Assembly (NCBI GenBank): GCA_963841435.1
Contig: CAWJCS010000002.1
Coordinates: 576,001-640,000, forward strand
Source of the DNA: an uncultured delta proteobacterium
GTDB lineage: Bacteria; Myxococcota_A; Polyangia; Polyangiales; Polyangiaceae
Reading direction: 5' to 3'
Length of the DNA: 64,000 nt
Part shown: positions 31,138 to 44,000 of the stretch, one piece after another
How positions within the stretch are numbered: position 1 is the stretch's first letter
Layout: each line of letters opens with the position of its first letter
Notes under the pieces: generated by a model
What the model was told of the DNA's origin: nothing
Database searches by the model: none
The model's input: only the letters and a program-made list of their open reading frames with translations
Made by a program: the position numbers and the translations under genes

Positions 31138-32693
31138 CTACTCGAGGCGCTTGACGAGCTCGAGGAACGCAGTGTCCTCACCGCCCGCGGGGCGCTCCGA
31201 GCGCCTTAGCCACTTCGCTCCGCCGCGATTGAGCTCGCAGTGGATGCTCTCGGTGTACTCCTTGAGCGGCTCGACGAGAATCACGCGTCGCGGTGACCGC
31301 CTCGCCGACGCTGCGCAACGCCGTGGCCATGTCGCACTTCGAGTCGGGCAACGACAGCGGCGGCGCCTCGGGGCAGCATCCCGCTCGAACGACGGCGAAG
31401 GCTGCCATGTCGTACCAGCCGATGCGCGAGAAGATCTTCATCGCTTCCGTGGGTGGGCCCTTCGGCGCGCCCGTGACCACCGCGACACGCAGCTTGTCGG
31501 CGCCGGCGCGAGGATCCGTTTCGGAGCACAGCCACTCGAGCTCCGGTGCCTTGCCGAAGGCGCCGTCCGGCAGGTAGCCGGCCATGCACGCGGCAACCTT
31601 GCTACCGAAGTTGGTTGAACGCGGCGGCCATCGCGACATCGCCGACCTTCACCGCGGAAGCGCGCGGGGGTGCCTTGGGCCCTGCCTTCGGAACGGAGAC
31701 GAGCTCGACGCGCTTGGGGCGCAGGAACGAGGCGACGCTACCAGCGAGCAGGCCGAGCCCGATGGCAGCGGCAGCGAACAAGACGAGCCGCCGACCGCGC
31801 GGGGCAGCGGGCGCCATGGTGCTCATCGCGCCCGGCCGCAGACTGCTCGGCGGTCGCACGCTGTGCGGCAACGGCGGGGGTGCCTTGGAATGCGCGCCCT
31901 CCGGGATCGGCTCTTCGCCGGCGTGCTCGACGAACCAGCGCGCGAGCTCTCGGCGCAGCGGTCGGAGGTTCGTTTGCCGCTCGGTCGGGTCCGCCGCGAG
32001 CGTCGGCCAGAGCGCGCTTCTCAGCTGGGCGTCGGCCATCCCGCCTTCGCCGAGCGCTTCGGGCTTCGCGTAGCCACCGGCCTTCGGCGGGGAGCCGGTG
32101 AGCATCCAGTAGAGCAGGCCCGCGGCGGCCCAGGCGTCGTCGGCGACGCTAGGCGCCGAGCCTTGGGTGCGCTCGGGCGCGTGCAGCGGCTCGCCCTCTT
32201 CGCTCGGGTAGAAGGCGAGCACGGGCGGTTCACCCTCCGGATCGACGACGACCGAGCCGGCATGCACGAAGCCGTGCACGGCGCCGACCGCATGCAACGC
32301 GTTCAGCGCGTCGGCGATGCGCAGCGCCATGCGGACCGCGTCGACGGGCGCCTTCTTCCCGATGACGCGCAGCCGCTCCTCGAGCGTTTGCCCCGAGACG
32401 CGCGCCGCGACGGCGAGCTTTTCGCCCCCGGGGTTTGTGACGACGTCGAGCAGGCGACCGAGGTGCGGGTGCTCGACGGATGTGGCGGGCGAGAGCTTCT
32501 CGGCGTGTTCCGCGCTCACCGGGATCAACACGACCGCGTCGCCGCCCTCGGTGTCGCGCCCGAAGAAGCTACCGGACGGACCGTGCACCGGGGCTTCGAC
32601 GATGTAGTGCGACCCCACGGTCTGCCCGCTGTCGAGCGCCGGGCTCTTGGGCGCCTCCGGGCCCTCGGTATCGGAGTCGCTTTCGCGAGTCAC
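31138..32693 (-). CDS. Membrane-anchored pseudokinase with a Cys-containing extracytoplasmic domain; two +1 frameshifts
   Basis: HPHL, LH..G.VHG, APE and D.WA.G kinase-like motifs, then a TM. Continues into ORF 31178..31639 and then a third frame (DLVEPLKEYTESIHCELNR...KRLE*). Removing one base at 31618-31619 and one at 31279-31280 gives 517 aa. Confidence 0.75.
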
Positions 32694-32779
32694 GGCTTCG
32701 AGCGTCGCATTTGCGACCCGAAAGGTCCAGAAGGCGACCTCGCGACGACGGCGCCCCGGTAGGTTATCGTTTCCCGGCG

Positions 32780-33721
32780 GTGCGGCTCAGAACCGGAACG
32801 AGCGGCTTCAGCTACGACGAGTGGCACGGAGGCTTCTACCCTGCAGATCTTCCCGCAGCGGAACGACTGTCGTTCTACGGGAGCCGGCTCCCCACGGTCG
32901 AGATCAACAACACGTTTTATCAGATGCCCAAGCCGGAGCTCCTCGCGCGCTGGCGGGACATGGTGCCGGCGGATTTTCGTTTCGCCTTGAAGGCGCCGCG
33001 TCGGATCACGCACGTGCTCCGGCTCAAGGACGCGCGCGAGCCCGTCGAGCGCTTTCTCACGGTCGCGGCGACGCTCGGCGAGCGGCTCGGCCCCTTGCTG
33101 TTTCAGCTACCACCGTTTGCGCGCATGGACGCCGCGTTGCTCGGGGACTTCCTCGCGCTTTTGCCGGCGGGACAGCGCGTCGCGTTCGAGTTTCGCCACC
33201 CGTCGTGGTTCGACGAGGCGATCTACGAGCTTCTGCGCGCGCACGACGCGGCGCTGTGCGTGGGCGATTCCGACGACGGCGCTCGCTCGCCGCCGCTCGT
33301 CGCGACGGCGCGTTGGGGCTACCTGCGGCTGCGCGCACCGTCCTACGACGCGCGCGGCCTCGGTGCCTGGAGCGAGCGCATTGTCTCCCAGCCGTGGGAC
33401 GAGGCGTACGCGTACCTGAAGCACGAGGTGAATGGGCCCGCCTACGCCGCGTACCTCGATGCCGTCGCGGTCGGGCGCGGGGCGCCGCCGCTGCCCGAAA
33501 GCGAGCCCGGGCTCGTGCCCGCGCGGCGTGAAAGAAAGAAGCGTTCGCGCTCCGCCGCGGCGACCGCGCCCACGCCCGAGCGCCCCGCCGAGACGGCGAA
33601 GAACGCGAAGCGAACGGCCCCGAAGCCCGCGGTCGGGACGGCGACCGAGAAGCCCGCGCGCTCTAAAGGGCCTCGCGCGACGCAAAAAGCCGCAGCGCGG
33701 CCCGCGCGAGGCTCGCGCTGA
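32780..33721 (+). CDS. DUF72 family protein with a basic C-terminal tail
   Basis: GTSGFSY, VEINNTFY, KAPRRITH, LFQLPP and EFRHPSW motifs. Confidence 0.93.
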   Translation: MRLRTGTSGFSYDEWHGGFYPADLPAAERLSFYGSRLPTVEINNTFYQMPKPELLARWRDMVPADFRFALKAPRRITHVLRLKDAREPVERFLTVAATLGERLGPLLFQLPPFARMDAALLGDFLALLPAGQRVAFEFRHPSWFDEAIYELLRAHDAALCVGDSDDGARSPPLVATARWGYLRLRAPSYDARGLGAWSERIVSQPWDEAYAYLKHEVNGPAYAAYLDAVAVGRGAPPLPESEPGLVPARRERKKRSRSAAATAPTPERPAETAKNAKRTAPKPAVGTATEKPARSKGPRATQKAAARPARGSR

Positions 33722-33730
33722 GGTTCGCGG

Positions 33731-36265
<2,535 letters not shown>

Positions 36266-36340
36266 GCCGACGCTGCTAGGAAAGCGGACGGGGCCCGCCG
36301 GCCGGCCAGCCAAATGGCGGGATACGCTCTGAAAATCGGC

Positions 36341-36568
36341 TCAGCGCCCGAGGCCCGCTGGGGGGCCCGCGCCGCCTTGGTCGTCGTCCTCGAGGACGGT
36401 GGCAACGACGACGGCTCCGACGAGTGGGAGCAGCCAAATGAGCTTGCTCTGGGCGATTTTCTGTCCCTTGTCGAAAGCTTCGGAGCGCCACACGCGGCGG
36501 GTGATGCGCACCTGGAAGGCGATCACCGCGAGCAGCAGAACGAGGGCGACCCAATGAGCGCGGTCCAC
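36341..36568 (-). CDS. Small membrane protein (PLDc N-terminal-like)
   Basis: Two TMs with QK...LIWLLPLVGA. Confidence 0.55.
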   Translation of the reverse strand: MDRAHWVALVLLLAVIAFQVRITRRVWRSEAFDKGQKIAQSKLIWLLPLVGAVVVATVLEDDDQGGAGPPAGLGR

Positions 36569-36681
36569 GGCTTCGCAAGCTAAGGCGGGGCCTCCGGGCG
36601 CGCAAGAGCTCGCCCTTTTGGGTTTCAGCCGAGATTTCGGCATTTGCATCGAGCGCACGGCGGCGTGAGCGTTCGTCGGAC

Positions 36682-37335
36682 ATGCCCGAAGTCCCGACCC
36701 CCTCGCATGGCTCCCTCCGTCTCGTCGGCCGGTCGAGCTCTCATTTTACGCGCCTGGTGCGCATCGTCGCCCACGAGCTCGGCTTGGAGCTGGAGCTCGC
36801 GCCCGTCCTCGACCTCTGGTCGCGCGACGCCCGCACCTTCGGTGACAACCCGACGCTCCGTGTGCCGTCGCTCCACACCACCGAGGGCACGTGGTTCGGC
36901 TCGCTCAACGCGTGCCGCGAGCTCGCCCGTCGCGCGCCGCGCCCCTATCGCATGATCTTTCCCGAAGCGCTCACGGAACCGCTCGCGGCGAACGCCTTCG
37001 AGCTCGCCACGGACGCCATGGGCGCCACGGTGACGGTCGTCATGGCGCGGCTCGCCGGGATCGCCAACGACAACGCGGTCCTTCAGAAGTCGCTCGCGCG
37101 GATCGAGGGCACCGTGACGTGGCTCGACGAGCGGCTCGCCAACGTCCTCTGCTCGCTCCCGCCGCGTGACCTCAGTCTGCTCGAGGTCGCGCTGTTCTGC
37201 TTCGGCGAGCATCTCGAGTTTCGTGAGATCCTCTCGCTCGAGAAAAGGCCGCGGCTTTCCGCGTTTTGCCGCGATTTTTCGCGCCGGCCGTCGGCGCTCG
37301 CCACGCCGTACGCGTTCGATCGCCGGCCGTCCTGA
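36682..37335 (+). CDS. Glutathione S-transferase family protein
   Basis: SSHFTRLVRI, NPTLRVPSL and GS..C.EL motifs; C-terminal helical domain. Confidence 0.85.
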   Translation: MPEVPTPSHGSLRLVGRSSSHFTRLVRIVAHELGLELELAPVLDLWSRDARTFGDNPTLRVPSLHTTEGTWFGSLNACRELARRAPRPYRMIFPEALTEPLAANAFELATDAMGATVTVVMARLAGIANDNAVLQKSLARIEGTVTWLDERLANVLCSLPPRDLSLLEVALFCFGEHLEFREILSLEKRPRLSAFCRDFSRRPSALATPYAFDRRPS

Positions 37336-37467
37336 CGCAACGCCGCGTTGCAGTCGGCCGTGCTCGGGCGCGGTGAGGCTCGGGCGCTCTTCGCGGAGTT
37401 CGTTCGACGGCCACGACACCACGGGCTTCGGGGAGCGCCGCCCGCCGTTCGGCGCTATCGTTCGGGC

Positions 37468-37935
37468 ATGACTTTGCTCGTTCGAGAGCGCTTGGTAATA
37501 CGCGGCGCGACCGCCGACGACGTGGGCTTCGTCGAACGGACGGGTCGCGAGGCGTTTGCCGAATTCGACCCCCACGCCGGTGCCCACTCGCGCGCGATCG
37601 TCCGACAACCGGGCACCGTGACGTTGATCGCGAGCGTTGACGGCAGGCCGTCGGGTTTCATCGCGATCGAACGCGTGGGCCGGGGGGCCCTCGTGCAAGC
37701 CATCGCCGTGCGGCGTGTCGATCGCGGCCGAGGACTCGGGGCGCGACTCCTGTCGGCCGCGGAGCGCATCGCCCGAGACGGCGGCGCGCGAACGCTGTCG
37801 CTCGCCACGGCCCAGGCCAACGTCGAGGCGCTGTCGCTGTTTCTGAAGGCAGACTTCGAGATCGAGCGGCGCATGCAGCGTTTCTACGCCCGCGGGCAGG
37901 ACGCCTGCTGGCTCGTGAAACGGCTCGACGCCTGA
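37468..37935 (+). CDS. GNAT (RimI-like) acetyltransferase
   Basis: IAV...RGRGLG, N.EAL.LF and RFY..GQDA motifs. Confidence 0.88.
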   Translation: MTLLVRERLVIRGATADDVGFVERTGREAFAEFDPHAGAHSRAIVRQPGTVTLIASVDGRPSGFIAIERVGRGALVQAIAVRRVDRGRGLGARLLSAAERIARDGGARTLSLATAQANVEALSLFLKADFEIERRMQRFYARGQDACWLVKRLDA

Positions 37936-38003
37936 GCTCGGAGCGTCACGCCCGGAGCCGGCCTTCGTCGCCGGGCGGGATCCGAGCTAGAACGCTCGCC
38001 GTC

Positions 38004-38930
38004 GTGGACGCGATCCTCTCCATTCGGAACCTGAGCAAGCGGTATGCGTCTGGCTTCCAGGCGCTCACGCACGTCGACCTCGACATCGAGCGCGGCGAGA
38101 TCTTCGCGCTGCTCGGCCCGAACGGTGCCGGCAAGACCACGCTCATCAGCATCGTCTGCGGGATCGTGAACCCGACCGAGGGCACCGTGCTTGCCGACGG
38201 CCACGATGTCGTCCGCGACTACAAGCGGGCCCGCGAGAAGATCGGCCTCGTTCCGCAAGAGATCAGCACGGACATGTTCGAGCGCGTGTGGGACACGGTC
38301 ACCTTCAGCCGCGGGCTCTTCGGCAAGCCCAAGAACCCCGAGTACGTCTCGAAAGTGCTCGCGGATCTGTCGCTCTCGGACAAGAAGCACGCCAAAATCA
38401 TCACGCTTTCGGGGGGCATGAAGCGCCGCGTGATGATCGCCAAGGCGCTTTCGCACCAGCCGGAGATCCTGTTTCTGGACGAGCCGACCGCCGGGGTCGA
38501 CGTGACGCTGCGGCGCGCCATGTGGGAAATGGTGCGGAAGCTCCGCGAGCTCGGCGTCACCATCATCCTGACGACGCACTACCTCGAGGAAGCGGAGGAA
38601 ATGGCCGATCGCGTCGGTGTGATCGACAAGGGCTCGCTCGTTCTCGTGGAGGACAAGCGAAAGCTCATGCAGAAGCTCGGGAAAAAGCAGCTCACGCTCG
38701 AGCTCGTGCAACCACTCGCCGCCTTGCCGGCGGCGTTCGCGGGCGAGCCACTCGAGCTCTCCGACGAGGGGCGCCGCCTCACCTACACGTTCGACGCGCG
38801 AGGCAGCGAGCCCCGCGTGGGGGAGCTCCTGCGGCAGCTCGCGGCGAGCGGCATCGACTTCCGGGATCTCGAGACGCGTCAGAGCTCGCTCGAGGAGATC
38901 TTCGTGAAGCTCCTCGACGGAGGCGCATGA
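38004..38930 (+). CDS. yadG: ABC transporter ATP-binding protein (YadG-like)
   Basis: [25 protein letters not shown] and TTHY motifs. Confidence 0.93.
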   Translation: MDAILSIRNLSKRYASGFQALTHVDLDIERGEIFALLGPNGAGKTTLISIVCGIVNPTEGTVLADGHDVVRDYKRAREKIGLVPQEISTDMFERVWDTVTFSRGLFGKPKNPEYVSKVLADLSLSDKKHAKIITLSGGMKRRVMIAKALSHQPEILFLDEPTAGVDVTLRRAMWEMVRKLRELGVTIILTTHYLEEAEEMADRVGVIDKGSLVLVEDKRKLMQKLGKKQLTLELVQPLAALPAAFAGEPLELSDEGRRLTYTFDARGSEPRVGELLRQLAASGIDFRDLETRQSSLEEIFVKLLDGGA

Positions 38931-39688
38931 ATCGGCACGCCGTGGCCGCCATCTTCGGTTTCGAGATGGCACGCACCTTCCGTACGCTGATGCAGAGCAT
39001 CGCGTCACCCGTGCTCTCGACGGCGCTCTACTTCATCGTGTTCGGTTCCGCGATCGGCTCGCGCATGATGGCGATCGACGGCGTCAGCTACGGCGCGTTC
39101 ATCGTCCCCGGCCTCACCATGCTCTCAATTCTCACCGAGAGCGTGTCGAACGCCTCGTTCGGCATCTACCTGCCGCGTTTCTCGGGCACGATCTACGAGG
39201 TGCTGTCGGCGCCTGTCTCGGCTTTCGAGATCCTGTGCGGCTACGTCGGCGCGGCCGCGACGAAGTCGGTGCTGCTCGGTGCGATCATCCTTTTGACGGC
39301 TCGTCTGTTCGTGCCGTACGAGATCCAGCATCCCGTGTGGATGGCGACGTTCCTCGTGCTCACGTCGCTCACGTTCAGCCTGTTCGGCTTCGTGATCGGC
39401 ATCTGGGCGGACAGCTTCGAGCGGCTTCAGCTCGTGCCGCTGATGGTGGTGACGCCGCTCGCGTTCCTCGGTGGCAGCTTCTATTCGATCGACATGCTGC
39501 CGCCGGTCTGGCGGAAAGTCGCGCTGCTCAACCCCGTCGTTTACCTCGTGAGCGGGTTTCGCTGGAGCTTTTACGAGAGCTCCAACGTCGGGGTGGGGGT
39601 CAGCCTCCTCATGACGCTCGCGTTCTTCGGCGTCTGCGCCCTCTTGGTCACCTGGATCTTTCGGACCGGCTATCGGCTGAAGGCTTGA
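38927..39688 (+). CDS. yadH: ABC-2 permease (YadH-like)
   Basis: ATGA overlap; six TMs; [20 protein letters not shown] and GYRLK. Confidence 0.92.
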   Translation: MNRHAVAAIFGFEMARTFRTLMQSIASPVLSTALYFIVFGSAIGSRMMAIDGVSYGAFIVPGLTMLSILTESVSNASFGIYLPRFSGTIYEVLSAPVSAFEILCGYVGAAATKSVLLGAIILLTARLFVPYEIQHPVWMATFLVLTSLTFSLFGFVIGIWADSFERLQLVPLMVVTPLAFLGGSFYSIDMLPPVWRKVALLNPVVYLVSGFRWSFYESSNVGVGVSLLMTLAFFGVCALLVTWIFRTGYRLKA

Positions 39689-39977
39689 CGGTCGGCCCCC
39701 CGGGCCGCTCGCCGCGCGGTCGAGCGAGCCGTACGATTTCCCAGGCGATCACGGCGAGCGGGAGCTCGATCACGAACAGCACGAGAATCAGGCGGAGCGC
39801 CGAATCGAGGAGCCCAGGGGAATGACCCTCGAGCGGGGGGACTTGCCGCGAAAGGGTGCGCACGACGAGCAACCCCGAGGAAAAGCACAAAAGGGCGGCT
39901 GCCATGGCAAGGCGCGCGCGCCGGGACCGGCGGCCACGCTCGAAAAGAAAGTCCCAGAGGCGTGCGATGACGTCCAA
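39648..39977 (-). CDS. Possible small two-TM protein
   Basis: Two hydrophobic segments in the 3' part of ORF 39648..40604; TTG start; overlaps the yadH end. Confidence 0.35.
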   Translation of the reverse strand: MDVIARLWDFLFERGRRSRRARLAMAAALLCFSSGLLVVRTLSRQVPPLEGHSPGLLDSALRLILVLFVIELPLAVIAWEIVRLARPRGERPGGPTVKPSADSRSERSR

Positions 39978-40157
39978 GCTCGTTGTCCGACAGCGCGGAA
40001 GGGACAACGTTCCGAGGCGCGCCCGCTCGGGCGAAGGTCCGGGCGTCTCGCCTTCCGCTGGTCGCATGATTCGGCTTAGTCTCTCGTATCGTCCCATGAC
40101 GCCCCGCCTGCCCAGTGATCGCGCCCGGGGGCTCCGCCGAGCCCGCGAAGGGGCGCC

Positions 40158-40634
40158 GTGACCTGCGCCGTCGCGGATCTGGTCGCGGGCACGATTCACG
40201 CGGCCGTCGAGATCGCTGCCGCGCCGGACGCCGTCTTCGACGCGCTCGTCGATCCGGAGGAGCTCGCCCTCTGGTGGGGCTCGCCGGATACCTACCGGAC
40301 GCGCGACTGGCGCGTCGACCTCAGGCCCGGAGGCGGCTTCAGCACGCGCGCCAAGCGCGTGCAGGATGGGCGCGTCACGGAGGTCAAGGGTCGCTACCTC
40401 GAGGTCGAGCGGCCGCGGCTCCTCGTGCACACCTGGGAGCAGGGGCCGGGGGTGCCCGACGAGACCGTGATCCGCGTCGAGCTCACGCCGACGAACGCGG
40501 GCACGCGCGTGCGGGTGACGCACAGCGGGTTCGCCGAGCACGGCGCGTCCGCAGCCGCCCACACCGAGAGCTGGCGTCGCGTGCTCGGCTGGCTCGACGC
40601 CCACGTCGGCCGGCGCGCGCGCGCTCGCGCCTGA
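40158..40634 (+). CDS. SRPBCC/AHSA1 domain protein
   Basis: IAAAPDAVFDALVDP, VDLRPGG, LVHTW, GTRVRVTH and W..VL motifs. Confidence 0.9.
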   Translation: MTCAVADLVAGTIHAAVEIAAAPDAVFDALVDPEELALWWGSPDTYRTRDWRVDLRPGGGFSTRAKRVQDGRVTEVKGRYLEVERPRLLVHTWEQGPGVPDETVIRVELTPTNAGTRVRVTHSGFAEHGASAAAHTESWRRVLGWLDAHVGRRARARA

Positions 40635-40659
40635 GCGTCGTTCCCCGCGCCCGGTGCTG

Positions 40660-40719
40660 CTGACACCACGCTGTCGGTAGTCCGCACGGCCGTCACGACA
40701 CCTGACACTAGGCTGTCAG
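40660..40719 (+). promoter_or_regulatory. Two palindromic sites CTGACA-N6-TGTC(G/A)G, probably bound by the WYL regulator
   Basis: Sites at 40660-40677 and 40702-40719, both followed by TAG. Confidence 0.75.
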
Positions 40720-40787
40720 TAGCGGGTCGCTATGACGGTTCGTGTTCGCGGGGCACTTTCGCTCCGCGCGACGAGGAGCATATCGAC

Positions 40788-41138
40788 ATGGCAAACAAGG
40801 TGATGTGGTACGAGGTTCTCGGTAAGGACGGCACGAAGCTCAAGCACTTCTTCTCGGAGCTTTTCGGCTGGTCCTTCAAGGACGCGCCGGGCATGAACTA
40901 TGGCATGACCGATCCGGAGGCGACGGGCATCGGCGGCGGCATCGGGGCTGCCCCCGCGCCCGGCGCGAGCTGGTCGACGTTTTACGTCGGCGTCGAGAGC
41001 GTGGAAAAGGCGCTCGCGCGCGCCAAGGCGCTCGGCGGCAAGGAGCTCATGCCCGTCACGAAGCTGCCGGACGTGACCATCGCGGTCTTCGCCGACCCCG
41101 AGGGTCATCCCGTCGGTCTCGTCGAGCACCCGGCCTGA
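40788..41138 (+). CDS. VOC/glyoxalase family protein
   Basis: GAGGAG RBS; FFSELFGW, GIGGGI and FADPEGH motifs. Confidence 0.92.
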   Translation: MANKVMWYEVLGKDGTKLKHFFSELFGWSFKDAPGMNYGMTDPEATGIGGGIGAAPAPGASWSTFYVGVESVEKALARAKALGGKELMPVTKLPDVTIAVFADPEGHPVGLVEHPA

Positions 41139-41153
41139 GGGCGCCCGGCCGGG

Positions 41154-41182
41154 GGCAGGAGGGTTCCGGGCCCTCCTGCCTT
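41154..41182 (+). terminator. GC-rich hairpin after the VOC gene
   Basis: 10-bp perfect stem GGCAGGAGGG/CCCTCCTGCC with a 7-nt loop; U-tract is weak. Confidence 0.5.
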
Positions 41183-41223
41183 GCCGCGCCCCGCTTTCTG
41201 CCGCATTGGGCACGGTCTGGGTC

Positions 41224-41970
41224 ATGCGACGCGCCGATCGTCTGTTTCAGATCGTGGGCCTCTTGCGATCTCGGCGGCTCACGACGGCCGCCGAGATCGC
41301 CGCCGAGCTCGAGGTCTCGACGCGCACCGTGTACCGCGACGTGCAGGATCTGATCGAGAGCGGCGTGCCCATCGAGGGTGAGGCCGGCGTGGGCTATCGC
41401 ATGCAGAAGGGCTTCGAGCTCCGCCCGATGACGTTCACGGTCGACGAGCTCGAGGCGCTCGTGCTCGGCGCGCGCCTCGTCGAGGCGTGGGCAGATCCGG
41501 ATCTCGGCGTGGCAGTGCGCGGCGCCATGCAAAAAATCGAAAGCGTGCTCCCCGAGCCGCTCCAGGCGTCGATGCTGAAGACGGCGCTGTTCGGACCCCC
41601 GCACCGCACGCGCGGTGAAACCTCCGAGACACTGCGGCGCTTGCGCCGCGCGCTCGGCAACGAGCGCTGGGTGAAGCTCGTTTACGTCGATGCCGCCGGC
41701 GCGGAGACGGAGCGGACCGTCGTGCCGCTGGGGCTCTATTTCTGGGGGCCGGAGTGGTTGCTCGCAGCGTATTGCTGGCTGCGCGACGACTACCGCTCGT
41801 TTCGCGTCGACCGCGTCCAGGCGCTCGAGGATGCCGAGCCGGAGCCCGCCCGCCTCGCCGAGCGAGCCGAGGCGCCGACCCTCGCGGGCTACGTGCGAGC
41901 CATGGAGGAGCGCCGTGCCGCCGAGATCGCGTCCGGGCGCTGTGGCCCTAGCGCGCGATCGGCGCGGTGA
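41224..41970 (+). CDS. YafY-family HTH-WYL transcriptional regulator
   Basis: MRRADRLFQIV, LEVSTRTVYRD, GEAGVGY and WLLAAYCWLRDDYRSFRVDR motifs. Confidence 0.95.
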   Translation: MRRADRLFQIVGLLRSRRLTTAAEIAAELEVSTRTVYRDVQDLIESGVPIEGEAGVGYRMQKGFELRPMTFTVDELEALVLGARLVEAWADPDLGVAVRGAMQKIESVLPEPLQASMLKTALFGPPHRTRGETSETLRRLRRALGNERWVKLVYVDAAGAETERTVVPLGLYFWGPEWLLAAYCWLRDDYRSFRVDRVQALEDAEPEPARLAERAEAPTLAGYVRAMEERRAAEIASGRCGPSARSAR

Positions 41971-42013
41971 ACGTCGACCCAAGGAACGCGGCGGCGCGCG
42001 TGTTTCAGGGCTC

Positions 42014-42385
42014 GTGCGTGCGCTCGTGTGCTTGCTCTTTTCGATCGCCTGCGCGCCGGACACACCGGCCGCGAGCGTGCCCCACGAGGAGCAGAGCTAC
42101 GCGCAAGCCGTGCGCATGATCTGCGAGGTCGATCGCTACGTCGAGGTCGACCCGGACGACGTGCTCGGTGTCTCCGCCGCGCGAGAACAGTATTTGATCG
42201 ATCACGTGAAAAATGGTGATGGCATTTATTTTCTCACGCTGTTTCGCATCGAGGGGCCGAGGGAGCAGGCGCGCATGCTCGCGCAGGAAGCAGCGGAAAC
42301 GAAGCTCCCGAGCTGCCCGCTCGTCGCCGCGCTCCGCGCTTTCGACGAGCCCGCGCCCACGCGGGCCGAGGCTTCGTCACCCTGA
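42014..42385 (+). CDS. Hypothetical lipoprotein
   Basis: Lipobox SIAC; short helical domain with a Cys pair. Confidence 0.6.
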   Translation: MRALVCLLFSIACAPDTPAASVPHEEQSYAQAVRMICEVDRYVEVDPDDVLGVSAAREQYLIDHVKNGDGIYFLTLFRIEGPREQARMLAQEAAETKLPSCPLVAALRAFDEPAPTRAEASSP

Positions 42386-42435
42386 CGAGTCGCGTGGCCG
42401 GTTGAAAGCCTGGACGCTTCGTTGTACTGGGCGGC

Positions 42436-43167
42436 GTGCCGCGCGTTGCCTGGTTGATGGTCGCCTGGTCGCTCCTCGCGTGCGGTTCCTCGCCGGAGCC
42501 GGAGGCGGCCACGGCGCACAGCGCGGCGAAGCACCCGGCGGGCAGGCAGAAGTCGAAGGCCGCTCCGCGCGCGTTCACGGCGGCCGGGCTGCCGGCGCGC
42601 TGCGAAAAGCAGCGCTGGCCCTGCATGCCCCCGAAGCGCTGGGTGAGCAAACTCTGCGAGGACGTTTACCCTGACGTCGCGCTGCACATGTTCGCTCCCG
42701 GCACGCCGTGGCAGCGCTTCTACATGCTGAAGAACGCCGACCCCTTCAACGCCTCGGGTGGCGCCTCGCTCATGGGCGACAAGATGCGGCGCGGTGAGGA
42801 GGTGATCGCGCTCAAGCGCAACAACGCGCACAACGGCATCCAGACCTCCGACATCGGCGGCTACGACGTCCTCCGCTGGAACGGCGCTTGCGCCACGGTG
42901 CACGACGGCGAGTTCGCGACGAAGCCCCTCTCCTACGTGGAGCACGCCCACCTCGAATGGCGCCAGCTCGGCTTGCCCATGCGCTTGACGCTCGAGGCCG
43001 ACCCCGACGTGGGCGCGACGTACGAGGAGAAGCGACGCCAATGCAAGGGCATCAGCCTGGGTCGCGTGAGCGCCGATTGCGAGGACTACGACAAGAAGCT
43101 CGTTGACGAGGTGGTGCGGTACGTCCGCGAGGGTGGCAAGCTGCCCAAGCCCAAGAAGGTGCCCTGA
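42436..43167 (+). CDS. Hypothetical lipoprotein
   Basis: Lipobox LLAC; six further Cys; GC-rich third codon positions. Confidence 0.8.
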   Translation: MPRVAWLMVAWSLLACGSSPEPEAATAHSAAKHPAGRQKSKAAPRAFTAAGLPARCEKQRWPCMPPKRWVSKLCEDVYPDVALHMFAPGTPWQRFYMLKNADPFNASGGASLMGDKMRRGEEVIALKRNNAHNGIQTSDIGGYDVLRWNGACATVHDGEFATKPLSYVEHAHLEWRQLGLPMRLTLEADPDVGATYEEKRRQCKGISLGRVSADCEDYDKKLVDEVVRYVREGGKLPKPKKVP

Positions 43168-43198
43168 GCCCGGCTCGGGGGCGGTCGATCGGCCCGGG

Positions 43199-43579
43199 AT
43201 GCGCCTTTTTCTATTGCTCTCCACGGCCAACGGCTTTTTGGCCGTGCTGCTCGGCGCGTTCGGCGCCCACGCCCTGCGTGGTCGCTTTGCGGCGCTCCCC
43301 GACGGGGCGCGCCGGCTCGAGTGGTGGCACACCGCGACGAGCTATCACCTCGCGCACGCGCTCGCCTTGGGGCTCGCCGCCTTCGTCGCGAGTCGCGCGG
43401 AGGGCACGGCGAGCATGCTGGGCGGCTACGCGTTCCAGCTCGGCATCGTGCTCTTCTCGGGCAGCCTCTACGTGATGGCGCTGTCCGGAGTCCGCGCGCT
43501 CGGCGCCGTCACACCGCTCGGCGGCCTGTCGCTGCTCGCGGGCTGGGCCCTGCTCTTCTTCGCCGCGTGGCGGCGCTGA
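43199..43579 (+). CDS. DUF423 family membrane protein
   Basis: GAFGAH, YH..HAL, FSGSLY and TPLGG motifs. Confidence 0.93.
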   Translation: MRLFLLLSTANGFLAVLLGAFGAHALRGRFAALPDGARRLEWWHTATSYHLAHALALGLAAFVASRAEGTASMLGGYAFQLGIVLFSGSLYVMALSGVRALGAVTPLGGLSLLAGWALLFFAAWRR

Positions 43580-43587
43580 CCCGGCGC

Positions 43588-43944
43588 TCAGGTAAGCTCG
43601 AGCAGCTCGACCTCGAACAAGAGCGTGGCGTTCGGCGGGATCACGGCACCGGCTCCCCGCGCGCCATAGCCGAGGCCCGGCGGGATGATCAGGGTTCGCG
43701 CTCCTCCGACCTGCATGCTGGCGACGCCTTCGTCCCACCCAGCGATCACGCGCCCCATGCCGATCGGGAACGAGAACGGACGGCCGCGGTCGTGGGAGCT
43801 GTCGAATTTGCTCCCTTTCTTGTCGTCCTCCCAGAGCCACCCCGTGTAGTGCATCACGCAGGTCTGCCCCGTTTTCGGCGACGCGCCGGTGCCGGCGCGG
43901 GTGTCCTCGTACGAAAGGCCGCTCTTGGTCGTGGTCATCGCCAT
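43588..43944 (-). CDS. FKBP-type peptidyl-prolyl isomerase
   Basis: [18 protein letters not shown] and [13 protein letters not shown] motifs. Confidence 0.96.
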   Translation of the reverse strand: MAMTTTKSGLSYEDTRAGTGASPKTGQTCVMHYTGWLWEDDKKGSKFDSSHDRGRPFSFPIGMGRVIAGWDEGVASMQVGGARTLIIPPGLGYGARGAGAVIPPNATLLFEVELLELT

Positions 43945-44000
43945 GTCCGAGCCTTTGCAGACGCGTCCGGGCCCGTCAACCCGCAAACATCCACCCTCGT

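Noticed and set aside
41224-41970. WYL protein as a marker of an anti-phage defence island
   Set aside because: It is YafY-type with VOC and SRPBCC neighbours; no defence genes are nearby.
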